Made by a program: the position numbers and the translations under genes. The notes below the pieces were generated by a model, which was given only the letters and a program-made list of their open reading frames with translations, had not been told where the DNA came from and did no database searches. This document shows, one piece after another, positions 24,279-36,902 of a stretch of 40,587 bases of DNA. The DNA comes from Octopus bimaculoides. Its lineage: Eukaryota. Every line of letters starts with the position of its first letter. The stretch's first letter is position 1. The stretch lies in NCBI RefSeq assembly GCF_001194135.2, contig NC_068981.1, forward strand, positions 60,852,829 through 60,893,415. Reading direction: 5' to 3'.

Positions 24279-25705
24279 TGTTTATGTATAGCAATATAAC
24301 TACAATAGCACCGTTGGTTAGAGATTTTCAACATGCTAATCACTGTATTTGAAACGGTGTGAGTAACACGAGAATGATAGCGGATTTTTCGGTTGTTGAC
24401 TGATGTTTATTTATATTGCCGATATACATCAGTGTAAATTGAAAATACGCTCTCACAAAATGGCTACCACACTGAAATGAATGAAAAAATGCTTCTGCGT
24501 AATTTTCGTTAGCAAAAATAAAAATTTGCTTAATGTCGAATAACTCTGTTTTAATTTTTTTAAATATAATTAATTATATTACCTCTTGACTATATTAATG
24601 ATGGGAAATTCAAGCATGCCTTCTCAAAGATATTATTTCCTATTGATTTGATTCAAAGAGTAAACTGATGGAAATGAAATATTGGGAGCGTTATGTATTT
24701 TGATGGAAATGGAAGGATTTTAGGTTTCCGAATATACTTAAAACCCTATTCTCCTCTAAGCCCATTAAATTTATTAATTCACACTTTCGGACGGACATGG
24801 TATTCTTAAACACAAAAGAATACAAATGTATAATAACAATATATTTCTGAAAGTTATATAAGTCATATACAGAATATGACTGAGGGAGCAAGGTGTTTTT
24901 CTTACGGAATTAACCCTTTATGCATGTGTTATGCATTGTTGCATGTATAGCTGCCTAATAAACGCACAAATGGCGTTCACATGCACATCTCTGCATACAC
25001 AAGACCACACACGTATATGTGTGAATGTCTGTGAAAGTATGTTTGTGCGGAGACATGCGTGTCTTACAAATTTGGCGCATTAATTCATATGCCTCTCACA
25101 CGTTCAAAAGTTATTTAAAGAAAAAAAAACTCTCTTGACGCTACGTATTTATCTGTATTACACTGTGCTTACTTACAATGAAAGGTTTCCAACTGCCAGG
25201 GAATATCTTTCCGTTCATGATTTTAAATCAAGGAGAAATTACTGATTGCGTTTGTCACTATTCAAATATGTTTTGTATAAATATATACAAGTACACGTGG
25301 AAAGATAAAAATAAAAAAGAAAGAAAAGAAGGACGAATGAAGGAACTAGTAGAATCAGAGATTTCGAGAATGAAGGAAAACAGAGATGTTTTTAGACAGG
25401 CAGTTATATATCTTAATTAGACGATATTATCTGATAGTATGCAATTAATGTACATCTGTCGTTACATTATTAGTCTATTGAATGTCCAAACAGCAAGCTG
25501 CCAATAAATGAAATGTTTGGAATTGTCTACAGTACATATATCGACTGACTGGTCCTAAACTATCAGTAAATAAAAAACAGATATTAATAGCTTTCAGTTT
25601 TATCCGATCATAAACAGAACGAGAAACAATAACAATGAAGTAATTAGAAAGATATCGTGATGACACGTATTATCAAAGGCACTCAATGACTCTCGTTCTC
25701 CTTCT

Positions 25706-25842
25706 GTGTGCGTGTGTATGTACGTGTATGTATGTATATATGTATGTATGTATGTATGTATGAATGTATGCATATATTTATGTATGTATATATGTATGCA
25801 TATATGCTTTTATGTATGTGTGTATGTATGTGTGTATGTATA
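25706..25842. repeat. (TATG)n imperfect microsatellite
   Basis: Direct reading. Confidence 0.9.
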
Positions 25843-26623
25843 NNNNNNNNNNNNNNNNNNNNNNNNNNNNNNNNNNNNNNNNNNNNNNNNNNNNNNNNNN
25901 NNNNNNNNNNNNNNNNNNNNNNNNNNNNNNNNNNNNNNNNNNNNNNNNNNNNNNNNNNNNNNNNNNNNNNNNNNNNNNNNNNNNNNNNNNNNNNNNNNNN
26001 NNNNNNNNNNNNNNNNNNNNNNNNNNNNNNNNNNNNNNNNNNNNNNNNNNNNNNNNNNNNNNNNNNNNNNNNNNNNNNNNNNNNNNNNNNNNNNNNNNNN
26101 NNNNNNNNNNNNNNNNNNNNNNNNNNNNNNNNNNNNNNNNNNNNNNNNNNNNNNNNNNNNNNNNNNNNNNNNNNNNNNNNNNNNNNNNNNNNNNNNNNNN
26201 NNNNNNNNNNNNNNNNNNNNNNNNNNNNNNNNNNNNNNNNNNNNNNNNNNNNNNNNNNNNNNNNNNNNNNNNNNNNNNNNNNNNNNNNNNNNNNNNNNNN
26301 NNNNNNNNNNNNNNNNNNNNNNNNNNNNNNNNNNNNNNNNNNNNNNNNNNNNNNNNNNNNNNNNNNNNNNNNNNNNNNNNNNNNNNNNNNNNNNNNNNNN
26401 NNNNNNNNNNNNNNNNNNNNNNNNNNNNNNNNNNNNNNNNNNNNNNNNNNNNNNNNNNNNNNNNNNNNNNNNNNNNNNNNNNNNNNNNNNNNNNNNNNNN
26501 NNNNNNNNNNNNNNNNNNNNNNNNNNNNNNNNNNNNNNNNNNNNNNNNNNNNNNNNNNNNNNNNNNNNNNNNNNNNNNNNNNNNNNNNNNNNNNNNNNNN
26601 NNNNNNNNNNNNNNNNNNNNNNN
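25843..26623. other. Assembly gap (N run)
   Basis: N characters. Confidence 1.
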
Positions 26624-26699
26624 AATTAATAATTAGAAATTGGAAGTTAGGTTATAAGAATAATAGCAGTACATAATTAGTACAATAAATAGAATAATA

Positions 26700-29310
26700 C
26701 AAAGAAGCCTACAGAGATCCGCACCGTAATCAGCCACTGCCACTCTACATGGGATAAATCATCTCTCAGAACCTGATATTGAATTCCAAATTGGGGAGAT
26801 AAGGGAGAAAGATGTAATTTCGTAAGAAAAGCTAGAGCAAAGAGTGCCCCAGGGGGTGATGGTGTCTCGCATAAAGTTTATAAATATTGCAATCGTCTGC
26901 GAAAGAAGCTCTTTGTCCTACTCCGACAGTTGGGGCGCGAAGAGACGCTAGTAGAGGATCAGTGTAAGGCAGAAGGTATATATGTGCCGCAGGAGGCCAA
27001 TGCAGAGGCTATAAAACAATTTAGGCCGATATCCTTATTCAATGTGGAAGGTAATATCTTTATGGGAATTCTTTCGTGGAGAACAGTGACATGTTTACAG
27101 AGCAATGGATATGTTGATTAATCTGTTCAAAAGGCCAGAATCCCTGGGATCCCTGGATGCGTTGAACACTGTTTTTCTATTTTTAAAGCGATCCAGGATG
27201 CCAAATAGAACAAGAAAAATCTGAACATGTTATGGCTTGACCTAGCTAATGCATATGGCTCAGTGCCACACGAATTACTGATGAGAGCCATGGACCACTT
27301 CCACATTCCAGACAAAGTGACCAAAATAATGAGGATGTATAATGACAGTTTTGAAATGAAGTTTACAACGGTAGATTTTAAAACAGATTGTCACCGTTTG
27401 GAGATTGGCATTGCTGCTGGCTTTACAATATCTGTCACGTGGTTTATCTTAGTCATGGAGATGATTTTGAAAGCCGTCGATTTTTCGGAACAAATCGCCC
27501 ATGTTCAATCGCCCAAGAAAGCCTTCATGAATGACGTGACAGTTCTCGCTACATATAAGCAAATCATGCAGAATGCCCTCTTGAGACTAGACGAACTTGT
27601 GAGGTGGACACGGATGCGGTTTAGAGCAAAACTGTCGCGTTAAGAGAGTGCAGAAAGAATTTAAGTTTCGAATAACTGAAGAAAGCATTTCAACAGTCAA
27701 AGAAGAACCCGTCAAGAGCTTGGGGGCGAGTATATAATGGAAAATTGTCAGACAGAAGTTGCTGAATGAAAATTAGGAAACAAACCGTGGTTGGATTATC
27801 AGCAATTGATAACTCGAAGTTACCAGGTATATATAAAATTTGTTGCTTGCAGTTCGGCTTGTATCCCCGAGTTTCGTGGCCACTTTTAATATACAAGGTA
27901 GCCTTGTCACGAGTTCAGAGCATGAAACAAAGATGTAATGCGTTCATTAGAAAGCGGCTAGGACTACCTCAGATGTTGAACAGTTCAGCTCTTTACCGTA
28001 AAAGGGGCTCGTTACAATTACCACTGGCGTCAATAGTCGACGTTTATAAACTGGGGACGGTACGGACGGTGATGATGCCGAGAGAATCGAAGGACGTGGA
28101 AATTAGGCGTAATTCACCAGAGGTGAAAACAGCCAGGAAGTGGAAGGCAAAAGGAGAGACTCATGACATCTTGTCTTCTCTTACACACAGAGATATGGTG
28201 GGTGCAACGCAAAATCATCGGAAAGAGCTTGGTTTTGGCGCAGATCAGTTCAGACCGTTTGCAAGTATGACGCGGAGCGAACGCAGATCTGTTGTTAGCA
28301 ATAGCGTCAAAACAGGGAAGCAGAGAGAAGAGTGCTTCCTTTGATCTAATGTATTCAATAAGGATAAATGACGAAATGGGCGAACATGTTGAGAGAAAAA
28401 TAATTTGGGATGATATATGGAGGTGGACCACATCGTGGCTAAGTTTTCTGATTCGTTCATACTATGATATTTTGCCATCACTTACAAATCTAGTAAGATG
28501 GAACATCTCACAGAATGATATATGCAAATGCGGGAAGTTTGGAACACTAAAACATATCCTTTCCAACAGTTCGTTAGCATTGAACAGGTGTACATGTAGA
28601 CACAACCTGGTCCTTAAGATTCTCACCTGATGATCTGTACACTTGTTGGCTTCCAGTATGCCGAGTCTTCGACTGGTGGCACTTGTATGTGCAAGTTGTT
28701 TGCAAGACATCTAAATCCAAGTTTTTTGCCTAAGCTATATTTGTCCATGCTATAAAGACCCAAATTCATCTCAACAACAGTGAGAAAAAATACCTTGAAC
28801 GTACCAACTAGAGATTTCATTACCTACGTACGCTCAGGTCAACGGATCCGATTTAAGAAGAAGAACAATAAACGTCTTACGAGTCATGAAAAATGGAACG
28901 ACTATTGGGAGGTGACTGCAGATTTACCAGGGTGCCAGTGACTCTTTCCCATCCCAGTTACGAAAAAACATCACAGTTACGAAAAACCCGGACATTTAAT
29001 GTAGTGTGAAAGAAAGAAAGTTGTAAATCTAGTCGAGTTTACGGTTCTTCATGAAGATAACATGGACGCTGCTTTGGGTAAAAAAAGTGACCGTTATGTA
29101 AACCTCCACGAGGAATGTGAATACGCAGACTGGAAAGCGGAGCATTTTCCAATCGAAGTCGTATGTAGACGATTTGTTGGACACAGTATGAGACAAATTT
29201 TGTTATCGTTAAGCCTAACTCATCGTAAGGTAAATACCACTATGTCCAATATCCAAACTACACTGGAGAAGGCTAGCCACTATATTTCCTAATAAATGCG
29301 ACGAGAGATG
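26700..29310 (+). mobile_element. Decayed HERO-like (R2-group) non-LTR retrotransposon: RT, CCHC knuckle and RLE
   Basis: Peptides VRKARAKSAPGGDG, QFRPISLFNVEG, WLDLANAYGSVPH, GIAAGFTISV, AFMNDVTV (YxDD-equivalent), CKCGKFGTLKHILSN, RHNLVL, LVEFTVLHED, FPIEVVCRRF and EKASHYI. Many stops and frameshifts. Confidence 0.88.
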
Positions 29311-30300
29311 TATTCTCTGGTATACACCTCCATTCGCGTTAAAGTTACGGCCTCGCTAAAGCTTTCTTTAGAATAGTAGAATCCGATTTCCCTCGTAACT
29401 ATAAGTACCATTCTACATTTAACTGATCCACTTTGAAATTATCTTATTCATCTACACCAAATATAGAATCTATGATCACCTAATCAAATAAACGAAACTT
29501 ATCTCCTACCTACTATCTAAATACTTACAAACCTACACGATGAAAACACTAACACCGATCGCAATAACATATCTAACACCCCTGGCTCGATCACCTTACG
29601 CAACTTAAGCACATATAATATAATCCCCACCTCTGAGGGTAATAGGCGCACACCTGAAACCGACGCAGGGCACACTGATACTAACAATACTAATTATATC
29701 ATAACCACTACAACTAAAAATACATATACTTATACATATATATAATACATTTATATAATATATATACATATATATAATACATATACCACTAATGGGAATA
29801 GCAATAATAACAGCAATATCACAATCGATTCACTTAATACCACCCTAGCCATTACTAGCACTACCTCATCTCTCTCTCCAATTAACCATCATACAACCGA
29901 TAACAGCAACTTCAGATACGTGACAGATTGCCCGCTGCAAGCCTAATGTAGAAGATTCAACTTCGTATACCAATGTACCGTTCACAACATGGTAAATAAC
30001 TCCTATATCTACTACATTGGACCGTGCACCATTTTTTAAACGAAGATATTATGCACATTTAAACTCGTTTAAATATAAGGAGAATAACAATTACACATCA
30101 GTAGCTAGCTACGTACACCATCTAATTAACAGAAAAATGCAATATAAACTTTCCTGGGCTATAATATGAGTACCCCATATCAGGACCACCACTAAAGTGG
30201 TAGGCTTTGCTTAAGAGAAGCTCTCAAAATTCTAACCCACGACTCACCACAATTGCTTAATAAATATGACGGAGCCTTCACTACATGTAAGCACGAATTC
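29310..30300 (+). mobile_element. Penelope-like element 3' fragment: linker, T/N-rich segment and GIY-YIG endonuclease pseudogene
   Basis: LWYTPPF and AKAFFRIVESDFPRNYKYHSTFN*STLKLSYSSTPNIESMI mark the linker. 29929-30264 gives CPLQA*C..FVYQCTV..YYIG, KRRYYAHLNSF, LSWAII and LCLREALKIL...LLNK. Confidence 0.85.
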
Positions 30301-31002
30301 TTCCACACTTTTAAATTCTTTCATTACTCTAAATGTAAGCTCTCACCGAACGAATAGCCCACGTACAAACTCTTCCATATTCCTCTAACTCTTATTTCTA
30401 CCTTGTGTCTTACATCTCTTCTACCTACTTTACTTCATCACTCTATAACATAAATATTAATTCTTTAATTTATCCTTAATTTATTTTTAAACCTTAACTC
30501 TATAAGTCCTCTAAATCGAACTCCTACCTATAAGAAATTTAACATTCAACCAGTGCTTTTTTCTCTCGACCACCAACATACCTATAACACCTTGCTAAAA
30601 ATAACTCTACAGCCACTGACCTTAGCCAGAAGGGACACAAGCAGTTACTACTAAATTTCACCCGAAACAACTTTAGACTTTAAAACTATCAGACATCTAG
30701 TACTCTCTCTCTAAATTCCTTTTATTTTGATCTATTTTTTTTACCGTATCTTCCTGTACCTCCTCATCCTCTCTTTTGTCTTCTCAGCTACTCCATACAC
30801 AATTCTTATGCACCGTACTTTATCTTATAGCCAATCGTTAAGATTCCCCCACCTGACTCTATTTATCTCTCTTTCTCTTTCTTTTTTCTTTACTTTTACC
30901 ACTTAATAGCCATGCCCGCCACCATTCTGCTATTGACATTGATAAGTCCACGTTTTTCGTCTTGGGATGTTTACTATATCAGAATTTTACCTCACATGGG
31001 TA

Positions 31003-31070
31003 TACGCAGTATTGCACCTAAGGACTTACGCTCATGAATCTACGCAGGATTGCACCTAAGGACTCATGCT
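31003..31070. repeat. Two-copy direct repeat, about 30-bp unit with 38-bp period
   Basis: TACGCAGTATTGCACCTAAGGACTTACGCT at 31003 versus TACGCAGGATTGCACCTAAGGACTCATGCT at 31041. Confidence 0.85.
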
Positions 31071-31499
31071 TCGGTCTCTATAACTTATCGCCTGTGAAAT
31101 AAAACCCAGCACTTTCAATTTTATTTCATATGAAGACTGCACAAATAGACAGATACACACACAAAGAAACACACATATATATAAACGTATGTTTTTGACT
31201 ATAATGTTTATTGAGTTCGAAAATTTTCTATTCATATTCCTTCTAAGACTACATATAACAAATGGCGTATCATCTCAGGAATATTAGATTCATTTTTTCT
31301 TTTGCAGCACCACGTTTCCAGCTGCTCAGACAGTGAAGCTAAACTTTAAGATGACATTCATGTTTGAATAGTTTGTTTAATCTGCTGTGGCATTAGAAAC
31401 TTAGTGAATAAAACTTGTTCTCGTGAGGGTATTTCAATATTGTTTCTGAACTGAAGTCAATGTCACTAGTTATTATTATGGTGTTATATATTATATATA

Positions 31500-31655
31500 A
31501 GCGCAGAATAGACGAATGGTTAAAAAGTTCGTTTTGTATATCTACAATATCTGAGGATTATTCTGACTGCGAGCCATCTTAGACACATGCAAATGCCTGT
31601 AGCCTCTGATCAACACAGGATTTGACTGAATGAGTAGCTGGAACATAGGAAACTG
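31500..31655 (+). mobile_element. Old SINE remnant related to family B
   Basis: Loose collinear similarity to the family B head and body (GCGCAG...ATGGTTAAAAAG...ACTGCG...TAGCCTC). Confidence 0.35.
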
Positions 31656-31819
31656 CCGATTGGAATGTACTTTTAGTTCAAACGTACAATTTCATCACAC
31701 ATTGAGTCATACTGATTCTGTTTGAGGATTATGTTATGCGTACTCGAATTACCTACTTAGAATGACAGTGATGCACCAGCATATATTTATATTTAATCTA
31801 TTTATATCTATATAATATA

Positions 31820-31877
31820 CCATGTATATATATTTCATGGATGTAGCAGTCTCCATATCCTCTATCGTTATACTTAT

Positions 31878-31921
<44 letters not shown>

Positions 31922-31975
31922 AAGTATAACTATAGAATATATAGATACAGCTACATCCGCAAAATATACGGATGG
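31820..31975. repeat. Imperfect palindrome with a central (AT)n
   Basis: Left arm GGATGTAGCAGTCTCCATATCCTCTATCGTTATACTTATTG versus the reverse complement of the right arm GGATGTAGCTGTATCTATATATTCTATAGTTATACTTATTG. (AT)n lies at 31881-31917. Confidence 0.85.
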
Positions 31976-34879
31976 AGCACCCATTTATAGTTAGTTGATA
32001 TCAGGGTGTTACCAAGCTTACTTGGGAAAAGAATAATTCAATATTTCATTGTGTTTCAATGTGTATTTCATAAAAAAAAAAAAAAATACCTCCCTCTATA
32101 TCTGTGTCTATCGCTGAAGATTATTGTAGAGATAATGGAGATAGTTACGCGGAATATGACAAAATTCGTCTAGAAATGCATACTGAATATAGTGAGGAAT
32201 TTGCCAAATTACACCTTTTTACACATTGCCATCCAGGGACAACAGTCTGTGCTTACTGATCAAATTATTTGACAACGTACGTGGAAATAAAAATAAATAC
32301 ACATAAACATTTCATGGAAAACGATAAGAATAAAAATATAAAGAAAGTGAAATGAGTTGCAAAAAATATAGCAATTACAAAAAAATATGTCTATAAGTTG
32401 AGAGAAATGCAGTTCATGTTATTATTGTAAAGAAAAGTAAAATGACTGCAAATAAAGATGAAAATGCGGCAGCGAACCAACCGATGGAATTCAAGAAATG
32501 AAGGCATTAAAACTATGAAACTGATCATTCCACACTGATAATTACATTGGTTTTATCATATAACATATAAAAAGAACATGGGACGTACGAGCACAGCTGT
32601 ATGACTCTGATATCGAAAACAAACACATCTCAAGTATTAACCCCTTTCTTATGAATATTGTAGTTTTTTTCTACCTCCATTTATGAAACAATTTCGAAAC
32701 TTCAACGCTTCCAGAACGTTAGATTTTTAGATGGAATACTCATTCACAAATGTTTAGTGTCCTCCATAATTTTTTCTTGAAACATTTATGTGGATATCGT
32801 CACTCTGTATGTTGGCGCATTTGCCTTGATTGACGATCACACATAGATTCCATTGATTATGACTCACGGTGTCTGATATTTTCCTGCAAGAAAAATGCGT
32901 AAGTGGTAAATCTCGAAAATAATTATATGCAAAAATTATAACTCGTTTATTCAGGAGTTAGGTTTTGAAATTCATGCATAACCTTCTAAGTAACTAAATA
33001 TTTTCTCATTTCGTGAAAATAGTTTGACAAAAGATCTAATGATTCTTGTGCAAGTGCAAATATCGTCCCATCCAGAGCGATAAATACGGCTGTATATTCT
33101 TCAGGAAGACGAGAACAAATAGAATAAAATTGTAGTGCAAGATGCCTCCAAACGACTGAATGATCTTTACAAAAAAGCCTTTGAATGTAAGACTACTCAA
33201 TCAAAGCTGACTCGGTAGGGCTCAAAACGTTTCAGTATCTGTCACAGCTGACAGAAATTTATCGAATGGGAATTGAATCGGATTGCTTCGTTCTTATAAT
33301 GCTATTTCATCATGTTTCCATTAGTCATAAATCAACGATTACCAAATAATTATTGGTTTCTGACATAAGTAGAAGAACTTTCATTTTGAGGTAAGTAATT
33401 AACTATTTAATCGACTGTAGCATTTAAATTGTACCAGTTCTACCGGTCACAGATTAAATTATTCGTCTTCGGCGGCGCATAGAAGGTTACACGTTCTGAA
33501 AAAACGTCATGGTCAATTAAACCTAGAAGGTCACTTGACAATATTTTAAATATTATCTATGGACAAAGATAGTGACTTTAAATAAGTAAATTTCTTCGTC
33601 CATATTAAGTATTCCCTGATCAAGAAAAACCTATGCTTTGTAGGCTGTTAAAAATATATTTAAGGACACTCCATAGATCCAATGTACACTATCTGTTATT
33701 CTGAAACAAGTTATCAGCAATGTATCAAGCATGCAACATAAATACTATAAAATAAAATATAAAAAGATACACACGTTTTCCTGAATATCAACAACTACTA
33801 AAAGCCAAATGTTGTTCCTGTTTAGTTTCAGTTCAGTCTTAACGTAGCCTCGCATTATCAAAGCTCCTCAACCATGGCCATCACTTTGAGATGTGCGTTG
33901 TGACCTCATTTCTTTGAGACTATAAGATGTAATGGAAATGAATATAAATACTGTTTCTAGCAGAACAAGTGGATGCACAGACTCTATTTTTCCTCTTAGT
34001 GCTGTTAAGTAAATGACGGAAAAAATATTTTTTCTCTGGGAGAGAAATCTGTTATATTACATATTTTATAACTGGATGATCTCAGATAGTATTTGGGAAA
34101 CATAAGATATGGGAGTTAAAAATTTTATTGAGTTCAGAAACAAACAAATCTATTGGATTTGAACTTGCGTCATTTGAGTAGCTAATGAAATGCATACCCA
34201 TTGCACCATTTCGATTCAACTGCACCACATACGAAGAATAATAACAAGTGAAAGAATGTAAAAAATTTATAAGCAGGAAAACGAAACGATGATAAAACTA
34301 CACAAATAGGGAAAAGAAAATATCGAGATGCCACAAATAGAGGACAAGCTAATGAGGCAAATTACCTGTTATTATTTGATGTTGTAAATTCACAGTAAGT
34401 TGTGCCTAATTAAAACCTACTTGATTTTCATATTGGATATACTCGTTAATTTTTCAATGATATACTTAATGTTCTCAGGCATCAAAATAAAGATTGCTAA
34501 TCATTAGTTAAAAATATATCAATTTGTATGAACTACAGCTTGAAACAATATTATATACATGATTACCCTCCTGTAGCATGTCTTCAAGAAGTAAGCTATT
34601 ATTATCTTAAATGCAATTCACTTGATATGCTTATAACGTTCAAATTTATCGTAGAACTTTTTTATAAAAATCTACTCTCATAATTTTGGTTAAATTCAAA
34701 GCATAAATGTAAATGTCCTCACAGCTAAAGTGTTACTATTTTGTGTGCTGTTTCTAGTTGAAATCTTTCATTTTTCTTTTTGTTCCTCAAATTCTATAAA
34801 TTGCGCAATGCACGTCTGGAAATACATCTCCAAGTTTAACCCTTTGTCTCTTTCCTTCTTACTTTCCTCCAGTCGCTCT

Positions 34880-34945
34880 CACTTTCTCTCTCTCTTTCTC
34901 TATATTTCTCTCTCATTCCTTCCTTCCTTACGTACTTTCTTTCTT

Positions 34946-35020
<75 letters not shown>

Positions 35021-35090
35021 GCCTAAAGATACACACATGCAGATAGACATTCACACATACGCTATCCACACACACACACACACACACACA
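34880..35090. repeat. (CT)n-(CA)n-(TA)n compound microsatellite
   Basis: Direct reading. Confidence 0.9.
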
Positions 35091-35109
35091 TTCTTGTATT
35101 CGTTCACTT

Positions 35110-35478
35110 GTTTCAATCATTTGACAACGGCCTTCCTGGAGCACCACCCTTAGTCGAACTCATCGACCCTAAGCGTTATTCTCTGTAAGCCTAGTCCTTA
35201 TACTATCACTTACCTTTGCCGAACCGCTAAATTACGATGGCACAAAGACACCAACATCGGTTGTCAAGTGATGGCGGGGGGACAAACACAGACACACAAA
35301 TACGTACATATATATACATATATATACGACGAGCTTCTTTCACTTTCTGTCTACCAAAGGCTTTGGTCGGCCCGAGTCTACAGTAGAAGACACTTCCCCA
35401 AGGTGACATGCACTGGGACTGTACCCAGAACAATGTGGTTGGGAAGCAACCTTCTAACCAAACAGCTACACCTGCGCG
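35110..35478 (-). mobile_element. tRNA-derived SINE, family B
   Basis: Homologous to 23888-24278. Head CGCGCAGGTGTAGCTGTTTGGTTAGAAGGTTGCTTCCCAACC; internal CA/TA tract. Confidence 0.85.
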
Positions 35479-35869
35479 TACAAACACACACACACACACA
35501 TACACACACGCACACACACACACACATATGTATGGGATGCTGCTGTACATCTTTAGTCAGTTTAGGGAGCGAACCTTACCACATTCTAGCAACGGGACCA
35601 GCAGACCAGCTTGGTTTCGCGCTAATTCCACCTCTCGTCAGTACTAGACACCTCTTCTGATAGAGATAAAAGTAGCTCGCTTCTGCTCGCAATAGATCTA
35701 TATAACCTCAAGCTACATAAAATCACTAATTTTGCAACAAGCAAAAGTGTTAGTTCTGCAATCTCTCAACGTTAAAGAGATCAACGCAGTAGTTGTACTA
35801 ACAAGTAATATTCGTAGCCACTTCAACATGATTGTCCGTACGAATAGACTTTACTGCGATATTTTAACT

Positions 35870-35871
<2 letters not shown>

Positions 35872-35968
<97 letters not shown>
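35872..35968. repeat. (CA)n(TA)n microsatellite
   Basis: Direct reading. Confidence 0.95.
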
Positions 35969-36479
35969 GCACACGTATATACAAACAAGGGCATGCATGC
36001 ATACTCATATATATACAAATGAATTAATAATAAGTAGACGACAATATATTAAGTGATATATGCAACTGAATTAACGTTATAAATTTTAGATCATGCCTAA
36101 TTCAATTGGGATTTGAAGTGAACAACGAATGATAGTAACTGAAATACAAGAAGACAATGACATTGCTGTTTTGTTTTCCAAGTTTCTTCATTACATTTCG
36201 TTATATGGATTATCACACTTTACGAATAGCTTCGGCCTCCTTTAATGACATGTAATCAGAATCTATAGAGACAAAGCTAACTGCCGAAAATTAATTTGAT
36301 GAGTCTATCGATTAAGTTATTTTCTCTACTTTTGTAATAATAAAGATTACTAATGGGTTATATTAACCCTTATACTCCACGGGTACTTAGTTTTTAGTAT
36401 CCCGAATAAATGTGAAGTTGAAAGTTACAAAAAAAATAACAACAAAAATCATATAACCGAAAGGGAAATTAAGTAAACT

Positions 36480-36563
36480 ACATCAACAACAATAACACCA
36501 CCACCAACACCAACAGCAGCAAAAACAACAAGAAAACATAGTAACAAAAACAACTGCAACAAT
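36480..36563. repeat. Degenerate (AAC)n/(ACC)n repeat
   Basis: Direct reading. Confidence 0.8.
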
Positions 36564-36572
36564 GATAAGAAT

Positions 36573-36785
36573 TGTTCCTGATTGAGGTACAAGGCCAGCA
36601 GTAATTTTCAGTGGAAGGGTTAGTTTTTGCAAGCGATCTCGGTATTTAATTGGTACACTATATTATCAAGTCCAAAAGGAAGGAAGGAAAACTTGCCTTG
36701 GGGAGGGAGTTGAAAGCAACATATAAAGAGCTAAAATGTATTCTGCGAAGCATGTTGTCGCATGCTCTAACGACTCTGTTGGTGC
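36573..36785 (-). mobile_element. Old SINE family A copy
   Basis: ACAAGGCCAGCAG...TTGGTAC...AAAAGGAAG...CTAACGACTCTG is collinear with the family A copies. Confidence 0.5.
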
Positions 36786-36902
36786 CAATAATAATGTAAT
36801 AATTTTTAACATTGAAATAAAGTGATATGTTTTATGGGAATGAGATATTCGATTAAATGTACGCCTATACTTAATTAGTATTAGATTATTGAGCGCGGAA
36901 AA

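Noticed and set aside
30924-30985. Degenerate hammerhead in the PLE 3' region (TTGATAAG-TCC...GGA-TG)
   Set aside because: The GAAA box is absent and C3 is missing; too degraded to support.
32115-32260. Short open frame EDYCRDNGDSYAEYDKIRLEMHTEYSEEFAKLH
   Set aside because: Under 50 codons, no recognised homology and no convincing exon boundaries.
33205-33260. Minus-strand CTGTGA...GAAACGTT hammerhead-like string
   Set aside because: Core incomplete and no helix I complement.
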